Notes: generated from the sequence alone by a model not told the origin. A stretch of 64,000 nt of DNA from an uncultured Clostridia bacterium (GCA_945929845.1 CAMEON010000004.1:708-64707); one strand, 5' to 3'; counted from the stretch's first letter, positions 26,548-35,973 are shown. Made by a program: numbers and translations.

Positions 26548-27525
26548 ATGAAGCCTTTTGTAGAGATCCGGATGCTGGGGGAGGCCAGGAAGGCCGCCCG
26601 TCCGGCTCACCGCCTGATCATAGAGCTTTTGATCTTCCTCTTGCTCATGCTGGTGGCATCCATGGTGGAGAGCGTGGTCATTGCCCCCTGTGAGGTGGGC
26701 ATCATCCTCTCGGATGAATCCTTCCTGGAGGCAGTCGGGAGCGGAAACCTTCTGTCTCTGCCGGATGTCGTGTCGGATCTGCTGAGCCGTCTGCCGGACT
26801 GGTTCATGCTGGTGCAACTGTTCGCCACCGCCGGGATGATCGCCACGGTGCTGGTCTACTGCCTGAAAATAGAAAAGCGGAACATGGCTTCCCTGGGCCT
26901 CCACCGCCGGGGGGCGGTGGGGGAGTACTTAGTCGGCCTTGCCCTGGGGCTTGTCCTGTTCGCCGGGGCGGTGGGCATTTGCTGCCTGACCGGTCAGATG
27001 ACCCTGACCCTCCGAAGCCAGCCGCCGGTGGGTATGATCCTGTGCTTCTTTGTGGCCTACCTGGTGCAGGGCCTCAGTGAGGAACTGCTCTGCCGGGGGT
27101 ATCTGATGGTATCCCTGAGCCGTGGCTACCCCCTGTGGGCCTGCGTTCTGACCAATGCCCTGCTGTTCGCCGTCCTCCACCTGGGCAACCCCGGCATGAC
27201 CGTGCTGGCCTTCATCAACCTGACGCTTTTCGGGGTGCTGGCATCGTTGTACACCCTGCGCCGGGGCAGTCTGTGGGGCATTGCCGCCCTGCATTCCGCC
27301 TGGAACTTTGCCCAGGGGAACCTGTTTGGCCTGTCCGTCAGCGGAACCGCCGCCACACCCTCCCTCTTTGCCGCCTCCACAACCTCCGGGCGGGTGGCCA
27401 ACCTGATCCATGGCGGCAATTTTGGGCCGGAGGGCGGACTGGCGGTGACGCTGATACTGGCGGCGGCACTCCTTCTTATCCTGTGGGTGCCGACCAAGAA
27501 GTCGGAGGCGGTGGCTGTCTTGTAA
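26548..27525 (+). CDS. CPBP-family (CAAX/Abi) glutamic-type intramembrane protease
   Basis: Start is residue 9 of ORF 26524..27525, after AAGGAG. The motifs are SEELLCRGYL, LLFAVLHLGN and LHSAWNF. Confidence 0.85.
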   Translation: MKPFVEIRMLGEARKAARPAHRLIIELLIFLLLMLVASMVESVVIAPCEVGIILSDESFLEAVGSGNLLSLPDVVSDLLSRLPDWFMLVQLFATAGMIATVLVYCLKIEKRNMASLGLHRRGAVGEYLVGLALGLVLFAGAVGICCLTGQMTLTLRSQPPVGMILCFFVAYLVQGLSEELLCRGYLMVSLSRGYPLWACVLTNALLFAVLHLGNPGMTVLAFINLTLFGVLASLYTLRRGSLWGIAALHSAWNFAQGNLFGLSVSGTAATPSLFAASTTSGRVANLIHGGNFGPEGGLAVTLILAAALLLILWVPTKKSEAVAVL

Positions 27526-27600
27526 TTCCACAGCACTACCCGCTTTTTGTAGCAAAGCACCAAGAGCGATCCGGAGCCCAAAGGGAATCATCCGGTCAAA

Positions 27601-28008
27601 ATGAAAGAATTCGGAAAGGCTTCACTCATGGAACTGTCTGTATTTTTCAAAAGTGTGATGGATCAGGACGCCGCATCTATCGTGCTGTGCGACCTGAACC
27701 ATACCATTCTCTACATGAACCCTGCCGCCATCCGGAACTATGCAAAGCGGGGCGGGGAAACGCTCATCGGGCAGAGTCTTCTTGCCTGTCATAACCCTCA
27801 CTCGCAGGAGCTGATCAAAAAGACTGTCGCTTGGTTTGAAGAAAGTCCCGATCACAACCGCATCTTTGAATTTCATCACGAAAAAGACAACCGTGATGTG
27901 TACACGGTTGCCCTGCGGGACAGTACCGGACGGTTGATCGGGTACTACGAGAAGCATGAGTACCGGAATCCCGAAACGGCACAGCCATTTGATTTCGGAA
28001 GCGTCTAA
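27601..28008 (+). CDS. small PAS-domain protein
   Basis: 135 aa. SIVLCDLNHTILYMNPAAIRNYAKRGGETLIGQSLLACH is PAS-like. Residue 10 (MELSVFF) is an alternative start. Confidence 0.6.
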   Translation: MKEFGKASLMELSVFFKSVMDQDAASIVLCDLNHTILYMNPAAIRNYAKRGGETLIGQSLLACHNPHSQELIKKTVAWFEESPDHNRIFEFHHEKDNRDVYTVALRDSTGRLIGYYEKHEYRNPETAQPFDFGSV

Positions 28009-28146
28009 ATGAGATGCGCCACCTTTGGGCAGTATGAATACACTTCTTCGGTTGATTTTTCCGCTTGAAGGTTAAGACAACTTGCCGAATGATATCTGTA
28101 CTTTTTTCAAAAAGCTGATATAATTGAAGTACGATCGATCGGAAAA

Positions 28147-28944
28147 ATGAAAAGGAGAACAGAACGAAAGATGAAAACCTTAGGTGAAAGAATAGCTGAG
28201 CTTCGTAAAGAAAGGAATATGACACAGGAGGGACTGGCAAGCACGATCGGCATTTCGGCACAGGCGATTTCTAAATGGGAAAATAATGTTACCATGCCGG
28301 ATATCACACTTCTTCCTCTCATTGCGGATGTTTTCGAAGTCACGATAGATGAGCTGTTTTCGATCACATCAAAGCCGCACAAGCATCCCGTCAATATTGA
28401 AGAAATACCGTCGTTCGTCTATGATGAAACCATCATCAATATGTGGGGACGAGAATACGATGATTACGCTGAAAAGGTAAAGGAACAATTCAAAAAGAAT
28501 CCTGAACTAAGTACAGGGTTTGTTTCGGAGGAAGCGGGTGCAGTTTATGGAGAGAAAGATTTGGCTTTGGTTTATCTCCCGAGCGCAGAGGAGTCTCTTA
28601 AACTTCTGGATGACGAAAAAGCGGCAAAATTCCTACAGGTACTTTCAGATAGGAATGTAAGAATGCTACTCAAATATCAGCTCCAGCAATGTGCGCATGC
28701 ATTTACTGCCGCATCAGCATCAACCCAAACAGGAATATCGGAAACGGATGCAAAGGAAGCACTGGAGAAACTTACCGGTTACAACCTGACTTTTGCGCAG
28801 GATGTGGATGTGGGAGCGGGCGAAAAACTGCGCGTTTACCAAGTATTTGCCATATACAAAATGCCGCTTCTTGTTTATCCTCTACTCACGCTTGCAAAAA
28901 AGCTCTCGGATTTCAGAGACAGCTGGTATGGGTTCCGGGGATAG
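28147..28944 (+). CDS. XRE-family helix-turn-helix transcriptional regulator with an uncharacterised C-terminal domain
   Basis: LGERIAELRKERNMTQEGLASTIGISAQAISKWENNVTMPDITLLPLIADVF is HTH_3 type. The start could instead be residue 9 (28171). Confidence 0.8.
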   Translation: MKRRTERKMKTLGERIAELRKERNMTQEGLASTIGISAQAISKWENNVTMPDITLLPLIADVFEVTIDELFSITSKPHKHPVNIEEIPSFVYDETIINMWGREYDDYAEKVKEQFKKNPELSTGFVSEEAGAVYGEKDLALVYLPSAEESLKLLDDEKAAKFLQVLSDRNVRMLLKYQLQQCAHAFTAASASTQTGISETDAKEALEKLTGYNLTFAQDVDVGAGEKLRVYQVFAIYKMPLLVYPLLTLAKKLSDFRDSWYGFRG

Positions 28945-29000
28945 TACAGACAAAAATGAAAAGTGATCCATTCTCCCGGATGTGAACCCGGGAGATCAGG

Positions 29001-29058
29001 GTGAGTATCAGAGAAAAGTAGAGTAGCACTCTGTTTTTCTTCTGATGCTCACTTTTTG
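29001..29058 (+). terminator. rho-independent terminator after the XRE gene
   Basis: A long imperfect hairpin, GTGAGTATCAGAGAAAAG...TTTTTCTTCTGATGCTCAC, has the inner hairpin AGAGTAGCACTCT and is followed by TTTTT. Confidence 0.65.
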
Positions 29059-29174
29059 CAATATATGACGGAATCACGCTCTGAACAGCATCTGATAGAT
29101 GTTTTGAGAACGCATTCAGTTACAGTACGGGTTTAACAATCGTTGGGGTTATGTTCCGTACAGGTTTAACAACT

Positions 29175-29656
29175 GTAGGGGCGACCGCCGTATACGGATG
29201 TGGTCGCTTTGTTCAATGCGGGCGAACACAGTTCGCCCCTACTACACTGTAACGATTAAAATTTTACATTTAAGAAAACGCTGATTGAATGAGGTGGTAC
29301 AGATTCGGTGCGGATTTTTTCGTCTGCGATTGCGAAAAACTCAAGATGTACTGGATGTACATCGAATTTTTCGGCAAGAAGCAGGCGGGAAAAGATGTGC
29401 CGAAGATGGCCACCGAATAAATCAGCGGTTCCTTAAATTTGAGGTTGATCCAAGCATCCTTGTAGGGCGGGGGCTTGCTCCCGCCGGAGAAGACCCCGAT
29501 AAAAACCTCCCTTGTGTAAAGGGCGTTACATCAGCGAAGCGTGACGGAGGGATTGTTCTTTCGGCGGGAGCAAGCCCCCGCCCTACGACAGATCATTTTG
29601 CCTTATCCTGATATCGGCTATCAGGAAATAAAGTTTAACTTGTTACGCCGTACTAC
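29175..29656 (+). repeat. REP/BIME-like mosaic repeat cluster, locus E3 (carries the nested element C4)
   Basis: Units are GTAGGGGCGACCGCCGTATACGGATGTGGTCGC at 29175 and GCGGGCGAACACAGTTCGCCCCTAC at 29218-29242. The 24-nt inverted arms lie at 29462-29485 and 29563-29586. The terminal ...CGCCGTACTAC ends at 29656. Confidence 0.85.
29273..29433 (+). mobile_element. MITE-like element, family C, copy C4, inserted inside E3
   Basis: AGAAAACGCTGATTGAATGAGG...CCGAATAAATCAGCGGTTCCT, with TA at 29271-72 and 29434-35. Confidence 0.85.
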
Positions 29657-29700
29657 CATTATTGGGGTAGGTTCCATATCCTCCCGAAATGCAAAGTATT

Positions 29701-29732
29701 ACACATGAAGCATGAGGTCATGTGTTTTTTTT
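29701..29732 (+). terminator. orphan rho-independent terminator
   Basis: ACACATGA-agcatgagg-TCATGTGT is followed by TTTTTTT. There is no plus-strand CDS between it and the XRE terminator. Confidence 0.6.
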
Positions 29733-29799
29733 CATTGGCCTCCCAGCTGAGCTGTAACCGCATTCACATCCACACTCTGTGAAACTTTTCGCTTCTGCC

Positions 29800-29828
29800 T
29801 TGACAAGAGGCGAGAAAAAAGGTACAAT
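29800..29828 (+). promoter_or_regulatory. sigma-A-type promoter of the moxR operon (TTGACA-17 nt-TACAAT)
   Basis: TTGACA at 29800-29805 and TACAAT at 29823-29828. The leader contains the hairpin CCCTGCCGG...CCGGGCAGGG at 29841-29866. Confidence 0.6.
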
Positions 29829-29901
29829 ATAGGCATACATCCCTGCCGGGCGACTGCCGGGCAGGGAGAATCATGGGGGGAGATCCCGAAAAAGAGAGGG
29901 T

Positions 29902-30879
29902 ATGGGTATGGCGACGCAGATTTCTGACAAGATCACAGGGGTGTACACAAGGATCAAAGAGAATATTGGAAAGGTGATCGTCGGCAAGTCGGACACCATT
30001 GACATGCTCATCGTTTCCATGCTGTGCGGCGGCCATGTACTGCTGGAGGATGTGCCCGGCACAGGAAAGACCATGCTGATCAAGTCGCTGGCGGCCTCGG
30101 TCAGCTGTCAGTATAAGCGGATCCAGTTCACGCCGGATCTTCTGCCTTCCGACATCACCGGTGTCAACTTCTTCAACATGAAGAAGTCGGAATTTGAGTT
30201 CGTACCCGGCCCCATCTTCGCCAACATCGTGCTGGCGGATGAGATCAACCGGGCTACGCCCAAGACCCAGTCCGGGCTTCTGGAGTGCATGGAGGAGACC
30301 CAGGCCACCATTGACGGAAAGACCTTCAAGCTGGCTCAGCCCTTCATGGTCATCGCCACCCAGAACCCGGTGGAGAACATGGGCACCTTCCCCCTGCCGG
30401 AGGCCCAGCTGGACCGCTTCCTGATGAAGGGCAAGATGGAGTACCCCACCCACGGGGAAGGGGTGGACATCCTGGCCCGCTTTGACAGGGAGAGCCCCCT
30501 GGACACCCTCCAGCCGGTGGTCAGTGCCGAGGAGCTGACCGAGGCCATCCGGGAACTGCCCGGGGTGTACATCAGCCGGGAGCTGATGGGTTACATCACC
30601 TCCATCGTGGAGAAGACCCGCACCTACCCCAAGGTGCTCCTGGGCGTGTCCCCCCGTGGTGCACTGGCTCTGATGAAGGCCGCCAAGGGGTACGCCGCCA
30701 TCGCCGGGCGGAGCTATGTCATTCCGGATGATGTGAAGCGGGCCGCCCACCCGGTGCTGGATCACCGGCTTACCCTGGAGAATGCCGCCCGCATCCGCAA
30801 GAACGCCGCCTATGAGGTCATTGAGGATGTGCTGGGCATGGTCACTGTACCCACCGAGACGGTATTCGAGGACAGATAA
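29902..30879 (+). CDS. MoxR-family AAA+ ATPase
   Basis: HVLLEDVPGTGKTMLIKSLA (Walker A), VLADEINRATPKTQSGLLECMEE (Walker B/sensor), and a length of 325 aa. Confidence 0.9.
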   Translation: MGMATQISDKITGVYTRIKENIGKVIVGKSDTIDMLIVSMLCGGHVLLEDVPGTGKTMLIKSLAASVSCQYKRIQFTPDLLPSDITGVNFFNMKKSEFEFVPGPIFANIVLADEINRATPKTQSGLLECMEETQATIDGKTFKLAQPFMVIATQNPVENMGTFPLPEAQLDRFLMKGKMEYPTHGEGVDILARFDRESPLDTLQPVVSAEELTEAIRELPGVYISRELMGYITSIVEKTRTYPKVLLGVSPRGALALMKAAKGYAAIAGRSYVIPDDVKRAAHPVLDHRLTLENAARIRKNAAYEVIEDVLGMVTVPTETVFEDR

Positions 30880-30882
30880 CAG

Positions 30883-32085
30883 ATGGGACAGGTAGGTATG
30901 GATGCGTGGAGCCACCCGGCCTCCCTTGCGGCGGAGCTGTCGGCGGAGGCAGTGGCCGATGGGATCCAGCGGGTGATCACCTCCGTCTGGTTCCGGGTGA
31001 TCCTGATCCTGTTGGGTGTCCTGCTGGTGCTCTGGTTGCTCCTGCGGCTGTATGGGGCTATGCGGAGCCGGCGGCTGGGTCGGATCGTGTATGAGCGCAC
31101 CTTCTCTCAGGAGGGCGTGTATGAGGGGGAGACGGTGGAGCTGATCGAGACCGTCCGCAATACTGGGTTCTTTCCCCTGCTGGGTGTGGATATCGAGTCC
31201 TACTTCTACAATGAGCTGGAACTGGAGGAGTACCAGGCGGATCCGGGAAGCACCATGCAGTACTGCATCAGCCGATTCAACCTGTGGCCGTACATGCAGA
31301 TCCGCCGGCACCACCGCATCACAGCGAAAAAGAGGGGTCAGTACGGACTCCATGTAGCGACCATTTATAACAAAAAGAACCCCATCACCCTGGAGGCCCC
31401 GGCGGAGCTGTATGTCTACCCCCGGGCCATTCCCCTGAATCTGCCGGTGCTGGCGGTGGGACGGATGCAGGGAGAGTATGTCAGCAACCGCCCCCTGTTC
31501 ACGGATCCCTTTTCGCTGGCCGGCATCCGGGACTATCGTTTCGGCGATCCGGTGTCCCAGATCAACTTCAAGGCCTCGGCCCGTGTGCCCATGACAGGCT
31601 TTTCCTCCTCGCCCCTGAAGGTGAACGCCCGGGACTTCTGCGCCTCCCGTCGCCTGATGGTGTACATGGATTTTCACCTGCCTATGGGCAGTAAGATAGA
31701 CGGGAAGGAGTATGAGCAGCGGGCAGAGCGGGGCCTGTCCTTCTGTGCCGCCCTTTTGCGGGATGCGGTGTACGGCGGGTATCGGGTGGGCTTTGCCGCC
31801 AACTGCCGGAATATCACCGGAGAGATGTCCACTCGTTTTTCCTGCGATGGCTCCGAGGCTCACCTGACAGCCATGATGAAGGAAATGGCCCGGATGAACC
31901 CCACCGACGGGGCTTCCTTCGCTTCGCTCCTGGAGCATGACATCGCCGACTGTATGACGGACACCGAGATCATCATCGTAGCCTTTGACACCCACGAGGA
32001 GGTGCTGGACAGGATCAGCACCCTGGAGCAGTCCGGCAACTCGGTACAGCAGATCATTCTGGAGGAGGTGGAGGATGATGAGTGA
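30883..32085 (+). CDS. DUF58 domain protein (MoxR partner)
   Basis: An N-terminal TM pair is followed by AGIRDYRFGDPVSQINFKASAR, the DUF58 signature. It lies 3 nt after moxR. Confidence 0.8.
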   Translation: MGQVGMDAWSHPASLAAELSAEAVADGIQRVITSVWFRVILILLGVLLVLWLLLRLYGAMRSRRLGRIVYERTFSQEGVYEGETVELIETVRNTGFFPLLGVDIESYFYNELELEEYQADPGSTMQYCISRFNLWPYMQIRRHHRITAKKRGQYGLHVATIYNKKNPITLEAPAELYVYPRAIPLNLPVLAVGRMQGEYVSNRPLFTDPFSLAGIRDYRFGDPVSQINFKASARVPMTGFSSSPLKVNARDFCASRRLMVYMDFHLPMGSKIDGKEYEQRAERGLSFCAALLRDAVYGGYRVGFAANCRNITGEMSTRFSCDGSEAHLTAMMKEMARMNPTDGASFASLLEHDIADCMTDTEIIIVAFDTHEEVLDRISTLEQSGNSVQQIILEEVEDDE

Positions 32086-33616
32086 CAGAAGAACCACCGA
32101 GGCGGAGCGGAATGTTCGCTATACCCAGGCCTCCCAGCGGTTTGCCGCCGCCTCGGACTGGCGGGTATATCTGGAGTTGGCGGATGAGTTCCGGGCACTG
32201 GACACCTACAAGGATTCCGCCCAGAAGTATGTCCAGTGCGTCCGTGCCGCCTCCGCTCCGGCCTACCGGGAGATACAGGCCAGACTGACCGCCCCGGGGG
32301 AGAAGACAGCTACAGCCGGGGATTACCGGGAGGCGGCTCGTATCATGGGTCTGATCCAGGACTATCAGGATGCCCGGGAGCTGATGCGGGTGTATACCGT
32401 CAAGGCCAATGCCATGGTTTATGAGGAAGCCGTGGCACTGGTGTCCGATTCCCAGGCCACCTGTGAGGCGCTGGGCCGGGGGGTGGAGCTATTCAAAAGC
32501 ATCCGTGGCTTCCGCAACACCCGGGAGCTTTATGAGCGGTACGAGAAGTATTACTTTGAAAAGATGTACGCCGCCGGACTGGCTTTGATGCAGAACGGCC
32601 ATGTGTGGAGCGAGTTTGAGGAGGCCGCTGAGATTTTCGAGAAGATCTCCGCCTACTCCGATGCCGCCGACCAGGCCGCCGCCTGCCGCAAGAGGGCCAA
32701 CCGCATGAAGCCCAAGAGGCAGGTAAAGGCGGAGTCCGGCGCAGGGAAGACAAAGGACAGTGCGAACGCCAAAACGGATACAGAGACAGAGCGAATCATA
32801 AATGCCAAAACGGCAAGGACAGAAAAATCCGCCCCGAAGCGGGCGGATCCAGCCGAGAAAATGAAGACCAAGCGGGTCAAAACACCCACCGATGAGACGG
32901 TCAGCGCCGTGGCGGAGGTGTGGCGCACACTGGATAAGCGTCGCCTGGTCTTCTGCCTCCTGTGGCTGGCTGTGCTGGTGGCCTGTGTGTACGGCTCCAT
33001 CCGGGTGTCCCTGATCGCCAAAGCGGACGAGTACGGCTGGGTGGCTACCCACCTGCACACCCTGCAAACCGGATTTACCCTGGGTTCCCTGGTGTCCCTG
33101 ATCCTGGGTGTCCGCTGTTTCCTGCACATGCTCACCGCCAGTATGCGCCGCAAGCTGGCCGGAGCCGCCCTCTCCCTGGTCAGGCGGCTGACCGCCCCGG
33201 TGGTCAAGGCCCTGAACAAACTGTTGCTTTCCATCGGCATAGACCTGAGTCGCCGCAATCGTCTGGGCGGGCGGGACGAAAAGTCATTCGTCTATGGAGA
33301 TGAGGAGAAGGAGGGCAAGGCGGGGAAGAAGAGGCTGAAAAACGGAATGAAATGGGCGGAACAGCCGGACAACGCCGCCCGGGTGCGCTTCATTTTCATT
33401 GACTACATGATCCGTCGGATCCGGCAGGGCTACTTCATGCGCCGCACCATGACCCCCGCGGAGATCAGCCGGGATATGTCACTGGAGGGTGACGAGGAAG
33501 AGCTGTTCCGGGTGTACCAGATCGCCCGGTACGCCGGACGGGGGGACGCCAACCGGGAGATCTCGGATGCCACAGTCGGCAAGCTCCGGGCCATCAATCA
33601 ACGCCGCACCGGATAA
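32075..33616 (+). CDS. membrane protein with helical YKDS/YxDA-type repeats and a DUF4129-like C-terminus
   Basis: Start is residue 31 of ORF 31985..33616 (ATGATG after GGAGGAGGTGGAGG) and overlaps the DUF58 stop by 11 nt. Two TM segments are followed by ...TPAEISRDMSLEGDEEELFRVYQIARYAGRGD, which I recall as DUF4129-like. Confidence 0.6.
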   Translation: MMSDRRTTEAERNVRYTQASQRFAAASDWRVYLELADEFRALDTYKDSAQKYVQCVRAASAPAYREIQARLTAPGEKTATAGDYREAARIMGLIQDYQDARELMRVYTVKANAMVYEEAVALVSDSQATCEALGRGVELFKSIRGFRNTRELYERYEKYYFEKMYAAGLALMQNGHVWSEFEEAAEIFEKISAYSDAADQAAACRKRANRMKPKRQVKAESGAGKTKDSANAKTDTETERIINAKTARTEKSAPKRADPAEKMKTKRVKTPTDETVSAVAEVWRTLDKRRLVFCLLWLAVLVACVYGSIRVSLIAKADEYGWVATHLHTLQTGFTLGSLVSLILGVRCFLHMLTASMRRKLAGAALSLVRRLTAPVVKALNKLLLSIGIDLSRRNRLGGRDEKSFVYGDEEKEGKAGKKRLKNGMKWAEQPDNAARVRFIFIDYMIRRIRQGYFMRRTMTPAEISRDMSLEGDEEELFRVYQIARYAGRGDANREISDATVGKLRAINQRRTG

Positions 33617-33712
33617 GCACAGGCGTTGCGTACGCCGGACACGGGCGAACCGTAGAAACCGTCATGGAAAGATACGCAAGCAAAAAAGCAGAAACGGAAA
33701 GATCACACGGAT

Positions 33713-34270
33713 ATGGAACAGGAAACAGTCACGGATACACAAACGCAAACCCACGAGCATTCGCATACCCACACACATACACACAAGCACAGGCACAGAC
33801 GCAGGCGATGGCTCAAGCGGTGCCTGCGCGGGCTGGTCATTCTCGCCATCCTGTGTATGACGCTCCTTGCCATCGCCTTGACCGCCGCTTTCCTGGCCAA
33901 GGATGTATTCCTATGGCAGGGAATGTACACGGACAGCGATATGCTGGATGAGCAGACCAATGAGACCATCAAGACCCTGGCACTGGAGGCAGTGAAAGAC
34001 AGATGCTCCTCGGTCTTCACGGTGGATCAGGACGCCATATATGACGAAGACTCCATCCTGCACATCGTACAGTACGGCGGGTATGTCTACTCCGAGCGGG
34101 CAGTGTTCATCATGGTGGATCCCCACTTCATGGATACGCTGGAGCCAGGGGAGAACGGCGAATACAGCCTGGCCGTCACTGTGGCACGGCCGGAGAAGAA
34201 TACATACCGGCTCACCGTGCGCCCGGTGGACGGGACTTACAGGATCGTGTCCTTTCAGCTCAACGACTGA
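33713..34270 (+). CDS. single-pass membrane protein with a His/Thr/Arg-rich N-terminus
   Basis: MEQETVTDTQTQTHEHSHTHTHTHKHRHRRRRW is followed by a TM helix and a ~120-aa extracytoplasmic domain. The N-terminus is encoded by CA-rich low-complexity DNA. Confidence 0.6.
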   Translation: MEQETVTDTQTQTHEHSHTHTHTHKHRHRRRRWLKRCLRGLVILAILCMTLLAIALTAAFLAKDVFLWQGMYTDSDMLDEQTNETIKTLALEAVKDRCSSVFTVDQDAIYDEDSILHIVQYGGYVYSERAVFIMVDPHFMDTLEPGENGEYSLAVTVARPEKNTYRLTVRPVDGTYRIVSFQLND

Positions 34271-34293
34271 CCGGACGCCCTGCCCGCAAATGA

Positions 34294-35973
34294 TCACACC
34301 TGCCGGATGCAGGTACGGCTGTCGGAAAAGGAGCGGGTGACGGCGGCCAGGGCGGCTACAGTGTCCGAAGCCAGAAGGCCGTACTCACCGGTGCTCTCAG
34401 CGGCCCTGTCCCCGGCCATGGCGTGGAGCAGGACCCCGGCGGCGGCTACCTGACCGGCGGACAGATTCCGGCCCAGCCGATGGCGGTTCTGCACCAGCAG
34501 GGAACCAATGACCCCAGCCAGTACATCCCCACTGCCGCCCTTGGCCATGCCTGCATTCCCGGCGGCACAGATCCACACCTGACCGTCCGGGGAGGCGATG
34601 ACGGTGTGGGCATCCTTGAGAACCACCACCACACCGTAAGACCTGGCAAAGGACAGTGCCGTGCCGGGCAGGTCAGCCAGTATCTCACCCACCGCCCGGC
34701 CGCACAGCCGGGCCATTTCTGCCGGATGGGGGGTGATGACCGCCTGCCGGTGCGGGTCGGCCAGCAGGGCGCAGGCCCACAGGTCGGGGTGCCTGGAAAG
34801 CAAAGTCAGAGCATCCGCATCCAGCACAAGGGGCAGGGGCACCTCACCGGGAGCCGGGGGCGTCCGGGAGAGCAGGGTGCGCAACACGGTACAAGACGCC
34901 TCGCCAGTGCCCAGCCCGCAACCGGCCACCAGACCGTCCGGATTGGCAACAGCGGTCAGAAGGGCGGCCGGGTCGGGTGCCTCCCGGTCGTACAGGGTCA
35001 GGACGGCCTCCGGCAGGGCAGTCTGGAGGATGACCCTATTGTCGGCAGGCGTGACCACCTGAGCCAGCCCCACGCCGCAACGCAGAGCCGCCGAGGCGGA
35101 CAGGATGGCAGCTCCGGCCATTCCATAGGAACCGCACAGGAGTGCCAGGCGGCCATAGGTGCCCTTGTGGGAGCGGCGGCTCCTGGGCGGGAGGGCGACC
35201 CGGAGCATATCCTCCCCCACGAGGCAGGCCGTGGGAGCATCCGCCGGGTTTGCGTCAATCGCCGGGTCGGAGGCAGGGTGGCACACGGGGGACAGGTCGA
35301 TGCCAATGTCCGCCACCACCACCTCCCCGCAGAGCGCCGCCCCGGGGTAGAGGAGCAGACCGGGCTTGAGGGCCTGCATGGTGACCGTGACATCCGCCGG
35401 CAGAGCCGCCCCGGGCACAGCCCCGGTGTCGGTGTACACACCGGAGGGAATGTCTATGGCCAGTACCGGACGCCCGGTCTCCGCCACACGGCGGAGAAAT
35501 GCCCCCATGACCCCCTCCACCGGGCGATCCAGCCCGATACCGAACACGGCATCCACCACGGCACAACAACCGGACAAGGCATCCGTCGCCCGGTCGGGAG
35601 GCAGAACAGGGATACCTGCCTGCCGTGCCAGCGCATACTGCCGGGCGCATTCCTGACTCATGCGGTCGGTGTCCGGCAGACCCTCCGGGGTCAGCCGACC
35701 CAAGTATACCACTGTTACCGGGCGGCTTTCGCCCTGGGAACCGTCCGCAAGGAAGCGGGCGATGGCCAGCCCGTCACCACCGTTGTTCCCACTACCGCAA
35801 AGCACCAGCACAGACCCCTGGGGGAACAGGGAGGGACGGCCAAGCAGACAGGACACCGCCGCCCGAGCCGCCCGCTCCATCAGGGTGTGGGAGGGAATGT
35901 GCAGCTCCCGGATGGTGTGCTCGTCACAAAGCCGCATCTTGGCGGCAGTCAGTACGGGTAAGGATGTGTTCAT
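34294..35973 (-). CDS. nnr: bifunctional NAD(P)H-hydrate epimerase / ADP-dependent dehydratase
   Basis: Start is residue 32 of ORF 34294..36066, after AGGAGGA. LVLCGSGNNGGDGLAIARFL is the YjeF-N domain and GGSGDVLAGVIGSLL is the kinase-like C domain. Confidence 0.85.
   Translation of the reverse strand: MNTSLPVLTAAKMRLCDEHTIRELHIPSHTLMERAARAAVSCLLGRPSLFPQGSVLVLCGSGNNGGDGLAIARFLADGSQGESRPVTVVYLGRLTPEGLPDTDRMSQECARQYALARQAGIPVLPPDRATDALSGCCAVVDAVFGIGLDRPVEGVMGAFLRRVAETGRPVLAIDIPSGVYTDTGAVPGAALPADVTVTMQALKPGLLLYPGAALCGEVVVADIGIDLSPVCHPASDPAIDANPADAPTACLVGEDMLRVALPPRSRRSHKGTYGRLALLCGSYGMAGAAILSASAALRCGVGLAQVVTPADNRVILQTALPEAVLTLYDREAPDPAALLTAVANPDGLVAGCGLGTGEASCTVLRTLLSRTPPAPGEVPLPLVLDADALTLLSRHPDLWACALLADPHRQAVITPHPAEMARLCGRAVGEILADLPGTALSFARSYGVVVVLKDAHTVIASPDGQVWICAAGNAGMAKGGSGDVLAGVIGSLLVQNRHRLGRNLSAGQVAAAGVLLHAMAGDRAAESTGEYGLLASDTVAALAAVTRSFSDSRTCIRQV

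Noticed and set aside
29764-32097. A 777-aa minus-strand ORF.
   Set aside because: It is antisense to moxR and the DUF58 gene, and it starts inside the moxR promoter and leader. It has no recognisable domain. The same shadow-ORF explanation applies.
33703-34020. A 105-aa minus-strand ORF with a CLCLCVCVWVCECSWVCVCV run.
   Set aside because: It is the mirror image of the CA-rich low-complexity segment that encodes the His/Thr-rich N-terminus of the plus-strand membrane protein, which continues into a credible TM and domain.
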